DNA of 64,000 nucleotides, taken from contig CP064973.1 in the NCBI GenBank assembly GCA_016699365.1, positions 139,920-203,919 on the forward strand, in the 5' to 3' direction. The stretch comes from Candidatus Nomurabacteria bacterium (GTDB taxonomy: Bacteria; Patescibacteriota; Minisyncoccia; Phycocordibacterales; UBA9973). This document shows, piece by piece, positions 56,290 to 64,000 of the stretch (position 1 is the first letter of the stretch; each line of letters starts with the position of its first letter). The position numbers and the translations under genes are program-made. The notes under the pieces were generated by a model. That model was given only the letters and a program-made list of their open reading frames with translations, was not told the origin of the DNA and ran no database searches.

Positions 56290-56838
56290 CTATAATTTTT
56301 TGACCTGAAGGAAGTCTAGTTCAACCGGAGTCTCACGACCGAACATTGAAACTAGTACTTTTACTTTACCTCTTTCATGATCTATCTCATCTACTCTACC
56401 TTCTAGATCTTTGAAAGGACCGTCTGCGATGCGGATAATTTCTCCAACATCAAGATTGATGTTGTGTTTTGCAGTTTTATCAACTTCCATTTTACCGAAT
56501 AGGGCATTTACTTCATCTTGGTTTAGAGGAACTGGGTTTACACCTGCTCCAACGAAACCTGTAACACGCGGAGTGTTACGCACAACGAACCATGAGTCGT
56601 CAGTAACTATCATGTCTACTAAAACATAACCAGGATAGACTTTTTCATCCTGCTCAACTCTTTTGCCACCCTTTATTTTTATCTTCTTTTCAACAGGAAC
56701 AATAACGTTGAAAATCTTGTCTTGCATTCCAAGGGATTCAATACGCTGCATTAGATTACGCATAACAGCATTTTCATAACCTGAATATGTGTGTATTGCG
56801 TACCAGTTTCGTGCACCTTGTGCTTCTTGTTTTGCCAT
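56290..56838 (-). CDS. nusG: Transcription termination/antitermination factor NusG
   Basis: NGN domain WYAIHTYSGYENAV... and KOW GEIIRIADGPFKDLEGRVDEIDHERGKVKVLVSMFGRETPVELDF. Confidence 0.9.
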   Translation of the reverse strand: MAKQEAQGARNWYAIHTYSGYENAVMRNLMQRIESLGMQDKIFNVIVPVEKKIKIKGGKRVEQDEKVYPGYVLVDMIVTDDSWFVVRNTPRVTGFVGAGVNPVPLNQDEVNALFGKMEVDKTAKHNINLDVGEIIRIADGPFKDLEGRVDEIDHERGKVKVLVSMFGRETPVELDFLQVKKL

Positions 56839-56865
56839 ATAGTTTAGTAGATATTATTTAAAAAA

Positions 56866-57048
56866 TTAATAAATTAAAATCTTTTGTAGACCGGAAGAAA
56901 ATATAAAATCAAAAAATCCAAGCAAATATGCAACAAAACCAGATATAACCAAAACTGCAAGTGTATATAAAATTGCTTGGCTTTTAGTTGGCCAATTCAC
57001 ATGTTTTAACTCTGCTTTTGTTTCTCTTAAATAATTTAGTATTTTCAT
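56866..57048 (-). CDS. secE: Preprotein translocase subunit SecE (minimal form)
   Basis: ETKAELKHVNWPTKSQAILYTLAVLVISGFVAYLLGFF. Conserved secE-nusG-rplK order. Confidence 0.8.
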   Translation of the reverse strand: MKILNYLRETKAELKHVNWPTKSQAILYTLAVLVISGFVAYLLGFFDFIFSSGLQKILIY

Positions 57049-57150
57049 ATATTTATCTAGGGTAGCTTAATTGTATAAAAAATTCTTTATAAAAAAACAC
57101 CCTTCGGGGGGTCGTTTATTTAACAAGTATATCAGACTCTATCAAAATGT

Positions 57151-57178
57151 AAAGGCCGGAATATTCCGGCCTTTTTTT
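57151..57178 (-). terminator. Intrinsic terminator
   Basis: aaaggccgg-aatatt-ccggccttttttt. Confidence 0.6.
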
Positions 57179-57653
57179 ACAAAACTAGTATAAAATCGGG
57201 GTCCAACCAAAGGTGGTTTATAGTGTCCAACCTTTGCTTGTGAGTCCTTCCATCGCGAAACATAAATTCAAAAACATGTTTCAACTTTTCAATATTTTTA
57301 CATCCATATTGTCCTTCTTTTAGAACAATATCCAAGTTACCAATCTGCTCGACATATATCATCTTGCTGCCGAAATATTTGTTTCTATTTATTTCATCTG
57401 CAATTTGATGAACATTCAATGTGCCGAAAAGAACATGCCACAAAATATGTTTTGTTTTTGGAGCATTTCTGTAAAGATTGTTTTTTTGAGAAGTCCCTCC
57501 TATAGAACGAGGACGTCTGTGGTGGTCATTGCGACCTGAAACATTAAAAAATTGGATCGTGTTTTGGTCTTTCTTGATTTTGTACGCGATTGCTTTGTCG
57601 ATCACCTGTCCTTCATAAGGCAAGATGATCTTGCTGGTACTACCTGGTTCCAA
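57177..57653 (-). CDS. HNH-endonuclease-like domain protein (Cys-less variant), putative
   Basis: NDHHRRPRSIGGTSQKNNLYRNAPKTKHILWH resembles the HNH core (DHH..P.S.GG....NL......H...H). Confidence 0.4.
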   Translation of the reverse strand: MEPGSTSKIILPYEGQVIDKAIAYKIKKDQNTIQFFNVSGRNDHHRRPRSIGGTSQKNNLYRNAPKTKHILWHVLFGTLNVHQIADEINRNKYFGSKMIYVEQIGNLDIVLKEGQYGCKNIEKLKHVFEFMFRDGRTHKQRLDTINHLWLDPDFILVL

Positions 57654-57752
57654 ATTGAATTATTTTTTTGATTAGAAAATAGCTTGTTTAATCTATTATA
57701 CCCTGTGACACAACTATTACAAATATGTTGATAAATAAAAATACCCATATAA

Positions 57753-57790
57753 AAAACCACTATCTACTTTTACGTGGATAGTGGTTTTTT
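57753..57790 (-). terminator. Intrinsic terminator
   Basis: ccactatc-tacttttacgtg-gatagtgg is flanked by A6 and T6. Confidence 0.55.
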
Positions 57791-57794
57791 ATAA

Positions 57795-58574
57795 TTAACG
57801 TATTTCGTAAGTTATTGATACAGAAGAAGTAAATTTATTTTCTCCCAATGGAACCTCTGGGATAGAAGAAGCATCCTTTTCCATAGCCATAAAGCTATCA
57901 TTACCCATATAATTATAAGGCATCTCTCCATTTTCTTGAAAGCTAACTATTTGAACCAACTTAACATCTAAATCTTTAGCTAAGATTTTTGCTTTCTCTT
58001 TTGCTATATCGATTGCGTTAGCTCTAGCAAGTGCTTGAACTGCATCCTCATCATCTATTGCATAATTTGGACCGTAAACGAGAGTCACGCCATTTTCACC
58101 AAGAAGAGCGAGCACTGCCCCTGTCATTGAAGTATCGTGCAATTTTACCTCTATGCTTTCTGAGACTGTATAGCCAATTATTTTCTGTTCATTGTATCTA
58201 CAAGAATAGTAAGTACACGGAACACCACTATATTTAGGAGTAGACGTATATGATGTTGTCTTTATATCTTTATCTAAAATTCCTAAATCTCTAATACTTT
58301 TCAAATTAAGAGCTATCGCTTCTGTTGTTTTATCTTGAGCTTCCTTTACTGACTCTCCGTCATTTGTAATTGTAAAATTAATTAGTGCTACATCAGGTAT
58401 TGCAAAGGCCTCTCCACTCCCAGATACAGTAATCGTAGAAAATGGATTGTTATCACCCCTACCTAGATCTGAAACTGCATCGACAAACTTTACAAAAACA
58501 AACAGGGTCAGTACTACTGACAGTATTGCAACACTATTCATCGCAAACTTCTTTTCATCTATATTTAAATTCAT
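57795..58574 (-). CDS. SIMPL-domain (DUF541) secreted/membrane-anchored protein
   Basis: N-terminal TM, then ITVSGSGEAFAIPDVALINFTITNDGESVKEAQDKTTEAIALNLKSIR, typical of the SIMPL family. Confidence 0.6.
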   Translation of the reverse strand: MNLNIDEKKFAMNSVAILSVVLTLFVFVKFVDAVSDLGRGDNNPFSTITVSGSGEAFAIPDVALINFTITNDGESVKEAQDKTTEAIALNLKSIRDLGILDKDIKTTSYTSTPKYSGVPCTYYSCRYNEQKIIGYTVSESIEVKLHDTSMTGAVLALLGENGVTLVYGPNYAIDDEDAVQALARANAIDIAKEKAKILAKDLDVKLVQIVSFQENGEMPYNYMGNDSFMAMEKDASSIPEVPLGENKFTSSVSITYEIR

Positions 58575-58614
58575 ATCTTTTTGCGCAAAGCGCTATTAAA
58601 ATAATAAAAATAAT

Positions 58615-59019
58615 CTAGCTAACAAACTTATCTTTCGTGCTCTGAATTATCTCTTTGGTCTTTTCATAAGGGTCTACTCCCAAAAGTGTATGCATAGCAC
58701 CCTCTTTTTTAGCATGTGCTGCCAATATGTTTATAAAGCGCAACATGGTTCCTATACCTAAAAATATATAGACCATTGTAAATATTTTTCCTGCAATTGT
58801 TGCAGGGGAAATATTATCGGCCCCTACTGTTGAAAGAGTTGTTACAGAAAAATACAAAGAATCTAAGTATGACCATTTTTCAACCAGGTGATAAAAAATC
58901 GACCCAGACAATAATATGATCAATAAAAATACGAGAACACTTCTAACTTCACGCTCACGCAATGCATCACGCAGGGTCCTACCAAACCTAACAAACATCA
59001 AAATAAAAATTGAATTCAT
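58615..59019 (-). CDS. Two-TM pore-loop ion channel (KcsA/NaK-like) with non-canonical selectivity filter TVGADN
   Basis: M1 helix, then pore helix plus filter YFSVTTLSTVGADNISPATIAGKIF, then M2 TMVYIFLGIG. 134 aa. Confidence 0.55.
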   Translation of the reverse strand: MNSIFILMFVRFGRTLRDALREREVRSVLVFLLIILLSGSIFYHLVEKWSYLDSLYFSVTTLSTVGADNISPATIAGKIFTMVYIFLGIGTMLRFINILAAHAKKEGAMHTLLGVDPYEKTKEIIQSTKDKFVS

Positions 59020-59020
59020 C

Positions 59021-59497
59021 TTATTCTACAGCGAGCAATTCAACTTCAAAAATCAAAGTTGCTCCACCTGGTATAACACCCGGGATACCACTTGGACCAT
59101 AAGCAAGATCACTTGGAATTGTAAGAATTCTAGTTTCTCCTACTTTCATACCAGCCACACCCTCGTCCCAACCTCTAATAACCTGAGAAGCTCCTAGGTT
59201 GAAAGAAAATGGTGTTCCACGATCACGACTTGAATCAAATTTAGAACCATTTTCAAGCGTTCCTACATAATGAACACTAACTTTACTACCCTCTGTAGCC
59301 ACTTCTCCAGTACCGACGACTTTAATTTCATAAGAAAGGCCACTTGCTGTTGTGATTTTATCCATAGATATTTCTGTTGTTTTTATATCTGTATTTTCTG
59401 GAGCCTTAACGGAGCTCGGGAAAACACGGAAAATTATAATTAATAAAATAATAAAAACTACTATAATTACTATATTTAAAAGCGTTTTTTTATTCAT
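59021..59497 (-). CDS. FKBP-type peptidyl-prolyl cis-trans isomerase (membrane-anchored/secreted)
   Basis: N-terminal TM, then GLSYEIKVVGTGEVATEGSKVSVHYVGTLENGSKFDSSRDRGTPFSFNLGASQVIRGWDEGVAGMKVGETRILTIPSDLAYG. Confidence 0.9.
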   Translation of the reverse strand: MNKKTLLNIVIIVVFIILLIIIFRVFPSSVKAPENTDIKTTEISMDKITTASGLSYEIKVVGTGEVATEGSKVSVHYVGTLENGSKFDSSRDRGTPFSFNLGASQVIRGWDEGVAGMKVGETRILTIPSDLAYGPSGIPGVIPGGATLIFEVELLAVE

Positions 59498-59551
59498 TTA
59501 AATAGTATATCCTACCTTTACTGTATATAAAAGCGCATATATAATCTAATT

Positions 59552-59992
59552 ATGATAGAAACAAATACACTAGCTCCAGACTTTTCACTACCAGATGAAA
59601 ATGGAGAATTTCACTCATTAGAAGAATATAGGGGATCTTGGGTATTGTTATATTTTTACCCCAAAGATGATACGCCAGGATGCACAAAAGAAGCGTGTTC
59701 TTTACGTGACCACGCCCTAGATTATGAACAAAATGACTTGATTGTGGTTGGAATATCAAACGACAGCGGAGAAAACCATCAAAAATTTATATCTAAATAC
59801 AAACTACCCTTCACTCTTCTTTCGGACGAAAAAGAGAAAGTAATAAACATGTATGGAGCCGGAGGTGCACTTGGAACTAAGAGAATATCCTATCTTATAG
59901 ATCCTGAAGGCATGGTAGAAAAGGTTTATCCAAAAGTTGATCCTGAAAATCACGCAGGAGAAGTTTTAAAAGATCTAGAATCTCTTAGATAA
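59552..59992 (+). CDS. bcp: Peroxiredoxin, Bcp/PrxQ type
   Basis: YFYPKDDTPGCTKEACSLRD (peroxidatic Cys in the PxxxTxxC motif). Confidence 0.85.
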   Translation: MIETNTLAPDFSLPDENGEFHSLEEYRGSWVLLYFYPKDDTPGCTKEACSLRDHALDYEQNDLIVVGISNDSGENHQKFISKYKLPFTLLSDEKEKVINMYGAGGALGTKRISYLIDPEGMVEKVYPKVDPENHAGEVLKDLESLR

Positions 59993-60679
59993 CTCCCCTT
60001 TGTGTTTTCTGATTGCATCCAACACCTCTTCATGAGTGTCTAAAACCTTATATATATTTACATCTGTTTTATCTATTGCTTCATGCAACTCCAAAACATT
60101 TTCTCTTATGAATTTATCCATTGGACCCCAATAATCTGAACCCATCAAAAATATTGGTGCTTTTGGAATTTTATTGGTTTGAGTGAGTGTAAGTATTTCA
60201 AAAAGCTCATCGAGCGTACCAAAACCTCCAGGATAAAATATATATGCACTTGCAGCATATGTAAGAGTGGTTTTGCGAGCGGAAAAATTATTGAAACGTA
60301 CTGCATCAGTTACGTATTTGTTTACATTCTCTTCGTTTTTAAGTCTGATCGGTAAACCCAAGGATATTCCACCCGCTTCTTTTGCTCCCTTGTTTGCGGC
60401 TTCCATAATACCCGGACCTCCGCCAGTTACGACTATAAAATCTAACTCATTAACAATTTTATAAGCTAAATCAAGCGCATCTATATAGTGCTCATTTTCT
60501 TCAGTAAATCTTGCAGAGCCAAAGAAAGACACAGAATCCTTGTAACTTTCTATAAACTCAAATCCCTGTTTAAATTCCCTATTTATACTACAAAGACGAG
60601 CTGTACTCTTGTCATTTCTGCTTTCGTCTAAACATTCAATCTCTATCTCTTCTGGTGTAAGCCATTTATTTTTATCCAT
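59975..60679 (-). CDS. LOG family protein (TIGR00730, cytokinin riboside 5'-monophosphate phosphoribohydrolase-like)
   Basis: VVTGGGPGIMEAANKGAKEAGGISLGL and PGGFGTLDELFEILTLTQ. Confidence 0.8.
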   Translation of the reverse strand: MDKNKWLTPEEIEIECLDESRNDKSTARLCSINREFKQGFEFIESYKDSVSFFGSARFTEENEHYIDALDLAYKIVNELDFIVVTGGGPGIMEAANKGAKEAGGISLGLPIRLKNEENVNKYVTDAVRFNNFSARKTTLTYAASAYIFYPGGFGTLDELFEILTLTQTNKIPKAPIFLMGSDYWGPMDKFIRENVLELHEAIDKTDVNIYKVLDTHEEVLDAIRKHKGELSKRF

Positions 60680-60680
60680 T

Positions 60681-61508
60681 TTATTTTGTCATAGTTATCG
60701 CTTCTTTATAAATCTGTTCTGCTAATTGTTTTTCAATTCCAAATTTTTCATGAATAGTCTTTGGATTAAAAAGTATAATATCTTGTGCAAGCATTATATT
60801 ATTTTTAGAAAAAATATCTAAAACATCCTTGTCTACTGACGGCAGTACAGTAACTGGAAATAATTTGTTCTTTACAATCATATCTTCTAGACTATCACCT
60901 TCTGGGTAATTCCACCCGGTAATTTTTATAGACCTACACTTAGCATACCTTACAGCTGTATCCGTAAATTTGGTGTTAGTGATGACCCACATTTTGTGAT
61001 CAAATTTATTTCTCTCTTTTTTGTTTTCAGCCTCTTCAATATCAAGCAATCTTGCATAAGCATACATAACAACTGGAACGTGTGTACGTATACCTTGCTC
61101 ATTGTGATATTTAGCTTCAACCAAAAAATGCGTATCCTCTTTTTCTGCAGCAACATCAACCTCATGTTCTATGCACGCACCCTTCATTATTTGATTTAAT
61201 TTAGTCTTGTAGCCATATGACTCAAGGATTGTGGCAATATATCTTTCAAATATAAAACCAGCTGGACCAAGAGCTGAAACAGCCTTCCGCAGACTATAAA
61301 CAGCGGCCAGTGTGAGGTCTTCTTTTATTAAGTAAGATAAGGCTTTTCTGTATATATTACTAGTCGTTATGTCTGGGTCAATCTCAGATGATATGGATTC
61401 ACAAACTGTTTTTGCCAATTCCTTTGGAGCCCCAGAATGCTCTAAAGAAGAACATAATTTTTCTTTATCAAATAATTCTTTCTCCCCTGTAGATTTTATA
61501 ACTTGCAT
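60681..61508 (-). CDS. ATP-cone domain fused to Mrr-like restriction-endonuclease (PD-(D/E)xK) domain
   Basis: N-terminus MQVIKSTGEKELFDKEKLCSSLEHSG... (ATP-cone). Then GFIFERYIATILESYGY...EHEVDVAAEKEDTHFLVEAKYHNEQG (Mrr_cat-like D...EAK). Confidence 0.5.
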   Translation of the reverse strand: MQVIKSTGEKELFDKEKLCSSLEHSGAPKELAKTVCESISSEIDPDITTSNIYRKALSYLIKEDLTLAAVYSLRKAVSALGPAGFIFERYIATILESYGYKTKLNQIMKGACIEHEVDVAAEKEDTHFLVEAKYHNEQGIRTHVPVVMYAYARLLDIEEAENKKERNKFDHKMWVITNTKFTDTAVRYAKCRSIKITGWNYPEGDSLEDMIVKNKLFPVTVLPSVDKDVLDIFSKNNIMLAQDIILFNPKTIHEKFGIEKQLAEQIYKEAITMTK

Positions 61509-61876
61509 ATTTTGATTATAACCTGCAATAGGAGCATTACAAAAAATATATTTTGAAAAATAATATCTTTATGATAAAGTCTGAAAATCATGGAAAGAAT
61601 ATGGAAAATATTGATGCTGTTTGGACTTGCGATTATATATCTACCGTCTTTTTTAGTAGTTACACACCTTACAGAAACTTGGTCAGATTTACTCGAAGAT
61701 TCCCTAGGACTCTAAATACCAATCAGAGCGCTCTCGTATAGAGCGTCTTTTTGTTTATAGTAACTATCAGCGGTATTTATAATTTTTCTTTGAGTGTAGT
61801 CAATAATAAATGCAATCAAAAGTGCATTTATTATCAAAAGTGCGTATAAAAATGGGCTTTTGCGATTGTGCATATA

Positions 61877-63016
61877 TTATTGATTATTTTCTCTTCTGTC
61901 TAATTCTTTTTTTACATATTCTAATTCACTTTGTTTTGCAAATAGATCAAGCTCTAGATCAGTCTTTATATCTTTATATAAAAGTTTGCGTATTTCTTCC
62001 TCGTCCACAAGTCCGTTTAGCACACCTTTCAAAATCTGATATTTCATATTTATATCCCACAAATTTTCTGGTCCTCCAGGTTTTTTATCTTCAGCCCATT
62101 TTCTATAGGTAGAAGATAATTTCTCAACGGGCATAACAACAAGCATTATGTCATCTACCTCTCTTTCATGCTTTCTCTTAGACTTACCCTTTAGATTCCT
62201 CCTTGATCTTTCAACTTGTTTCTTTTTAAAATCTTCTTTGGCTTTATTTAAAGTAAACTGAACACCGATAATTTTATCGTCTTCAGTTACACCTACAGCA
62301 CGATTGTGGTTTTTTCTTCTGATTAAAAAATCAATTTTCTGCTCTACGTCCTGATAAACATCAGCTTCTTCTATTTCAAAATCTGCACCTTCAATAGAAA
62401 GCTTCGCTAACAGGCCTTTGATCATTTTTTCAGCTAAAAAGCCTTCAAACTTATCTTGATTATCTTTGCTTTTTTTAATCTCAAGATATGCCTTTTGTTT
62501 AAAAGTATCCGTAGTTGGACTGGTAGATTCATCTAAAATAATCTGCTCATCCAATTTATTTGCAATTTCCCTTTTTGCCTCACTTAAAATATATTTTTTC
62601 TGGACACTTTTTGGAACAGAATTATCAAATCCATAAGTTATACCCCATTCACCATCAGTCAAAATATCAGAAATATCTAAAAAAATTATAGTATCTTTAC
62701 TGTTAGAATAGTAAAACTTTCCCGAATTTTTATCAAAAGAAACGATTCTTGTCTTTTCTAGTGACTCAATTACACCTCCATTATCAAGCTTTCTAAATTG
62801 CTTGTGCATTTTGCGCATTATATTCTGTTTTGATTTTTGTATATTTAAAATTTCTGCTTGAACTTCAGCTGAATTTCCTCTTTTTTTAGAAGATTTTTCT
62901 ATTAAATTACCGGCTTCTTCTTGCAAAAAAACTCTCTCTTCTTTAGAGATCTTTGTTGCAGTATCTTTGGCGTGAGTATTGTATTCGTTTAAAATTTCTT
63001 TGAAATTTTCACGCAT
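61877..63016 (-). CDS. Hypothetical Lys/Glu-rich protein
   Basis: 379 aa, highly charged and likely helical. No motif recognised. Confidence 0.3.
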   Translation of the reverse strand: MRENFKEILNEYNTHAKDTATKISKEERVFLQEEAGNLIEKSSKKRGNSAEVQAEILNIQKSKQNIMRKMHKQFRKLDNGGVIESLEKTRIVSFDKNSGKFYYSNSKDTIIFLDISDILTDGEWGITYGFDNSVPKSVQKKYILSEAKREIANKLDEQIILDESTSPTTDTFKQKAYLEIKKSKDNQDKFEGFLAEKMIKGLLAKLSIEGADFEIEEADVYQDVEQKIDFLIRRKNHNRAVGVTEDDKIIGVQFTLNKAKEDFKKKQVERSRRNLKGKSKRKHEREVDDIMLVVMPVEKLSSTYRKWAEDKKPGGPENLWDINMKYQILKGVLNGLVDEEEIRKLLYKDIKTDLELDLFAKQSELEYVKKELDRRENNQ

Positions 63017-63019
63017 ATA

Positions 63020-63208
63020 TTAACCTAAAATCCCAAGTGTAAGAGCTAGGGTAAAAGATATTCCTAATATGCCTAGAATTGGATGGATTCTGTATAAAAT
63101 AATAGAAGCCACAACTAGTATAAAAAACTTCACATAACCAACTACTTCTATCGCGTTTATAATAGGAATCAAAAATGATGGTGTATTCATACAAGAATTA
63201 TAACACAA
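63020..63208 (-). CDS. Hypothetical small 2-TM membrane protein
   Basis: 62 aa hydrophobic. Confidence 0.3.
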   Translation of the reverse strand: MCYNSCMNTPSFLIPIINAIEVVGYVKFFILVVASIILYRIHPILGILGISFTLALTLGILG

Positions 63209-63979
63209 TCATTTGTTGCTATCCCATATCTTTCTCCAGTCTTGTAAATTATCCTTGTGGTTATCGCAAAAAACTTTAAATTCATCTATAGAAACTATAT
63301 TTGCACTTATGTTTTCACTATTTTTAATACCAAAAATTCTAGCACCGTCGAGTGCAATTATCTTATCTTTGTAACGCAGTTCTATCTGCAAGTGTAATCT
63401 CGGGACCATACCGCGAGTATCTCCACTATTACCAACAGTTCCAATAGAGCGCGTAGTCTTGATAGGAATATTTGGATAGGTATGAAAACTCATTTCACGA
63501 AGCATTTTTTGATATCTCGTAAATTTAATCTTATTTTTATCCAAGTGCATATAAATACTCCAAAGTGAGAAACCGTCATCGGTCTTTAGGTCTGGATGAG
63601 ATACCAATACATATTTTCCATTGGTCCTACTAAAACCTGAATATTCAAATATGCCTGGCAATATAGGATAAACTGGTGTTTTGTAATCGGCTAAGATATC
63701 TATACCTATATGAAAATAATTGGCTGTGTGAATTATAGGATGAAACCTAAGACCAAAGTGACCAAAATATTCATCTATTTTTATCTGTTTAGTTTTTATA
63801 GGATAGCGTAAGCCTATGATTTTAGACAGTCTATTATAAAAATCTTCCCAAAACTCATCGTAAGTGAGGTCGGGAATATAGTGCTCTATCTTGTATTGAT
63901 AAGACCCTGGTCTTCTAATAATTCTATCTTCAATCGGTGGTAAAACCTGCATAAAAACAGTATACCGCGAAGGAGCCAA
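63209..63979 (-). CDS. M23 family metallopeptidase (LytM-like)
   Basis: YFHIGIDILADYKTPVYPI (HxxxD) and LWSIYMHLD (HxH), characteristic of M23 peptidases. Confidence 0.6.
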   Translation of the reverse strand: MAPSRYTVFMQVLPPIEDRIIRRPGSYQYKIEHYIPDLTYDEFWEDFYNRLSKIIGLRYPIKTKQIKIDEYFGHFGLRFHPIIHTANYFHIGIDILADYKTPVYPILPGIFEYSGFSRTNGKYVLVSHPDLKTDDGFSLWSIYMHLDKNKIKFTRYQKMLREMSFHTYPNIPIKTTRSIGTVGNSGDTRGMVPRLHLQIELRYKDKIIALDGARIFGIKNSENISANIVSIDEFKVFCDNHKDNLQDWRKIWDSNK

Positions 63980-64000
63980 ATAGCTAAAATTGATTATTCG

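Noticed and set aside
1-64000. CRISPR arrays, transposases, integrases or prophage blocks
   Set aside because: No periodic direct repeats with unique spacers were seen. There are no IS-like inverted repeats and no recognisable transposase, integrase or phage structural-protein motifs in any frame.

Overview
This 64 kb window comes from a low-GC bacterial chromosome, roughly 35% GC by eye. It uses the standard genetic code: TGA terminates conserved genes, for example the glycosyltransferase ending at 1384. The genes are small, tightly packed and often overlapping, and many have intrinsic terminators. Several features are reminiscent of small-genome CPR/Patescibacteria-like bacteria. These are a short FtsK, a 60-aa SecE, a 194-aa RecO, an alpha2-type GlyRS, and an O-antigen-ligase+TPR protein. 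That lineage call is an inference only. No rRNA, tRNA, CRISPR or transposase/integrase was found.

Content from left to right:
(1) 1-14.6 kb is a cell-surface glycan biosynthesis and decoration island, read mostly on the minus strand. It holds an N-terminal fragment of a NodU/CmcH-type carbamoyltransferase running off the window, six GT4/GT1 glycosyltransferases and three SAM methyltransferases. It also holds a NodB-type polysaccharide deacetylase, a Kdo/WaaP-like kinase, a secreted alpha/beta-hydrolase, and a 682-aa polytopic Wzy_C/O-antigen-ligase-like protein with C-terminal TPR repeats.
(2) 14.65-16.66 kb is a 668-aa secreted protein. It has a peptidoglycan-binding domain, three Cys-containing short repeats, and a roughly 500-aa acidic Thr/Ser/Asp/Gly-rich region. 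A 550-bp non-coding leader follows.
(3) The rest is housekeeping: ftsK, recA, efp, an MsbA-like ABC exporter, rpsF-ssb-rpsR, tatD, metG, an AI-2E transporter, an M16 peptidase, glyQS, recO, ileS and argS. It also includes a dTMP-synthesis cluster (tmk-glyA-thyX-like-dcd-like-folA), rplK-nusG-secE, an FKBP, bcp, a LOG protein, a SIMPL protein, a 2-TM ion channel, and assorted small membrane and secreted hypotheticals.

Most notable observations:
(a) ileS carries an in-frame histidine-phosphatase (PGAM-superfamily) domain of about 165 aa inserted into the catalytic core between the WG-P-P-W and WFDSG motifs. Its HIGH motif is degenerate (GLHH).
(b) ftsK, recA and ileS are each split by a -1 frameshift at an A5 run in an AAAAAG context, and A6 restores frame in all three. 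The systematic pattern points to a homopolymer undercall rather than biology.
(c) The Wzy_C-TPR protein sits directly next to the Ser/Thr-rich surface protein and the glycosyltransferase island. This suggests a candidate protein O-glycosylation module.
(d) The dTMP cluster contains a double-length ThyX-like protein with divergent motifs and a long-form dCTP deaminase.
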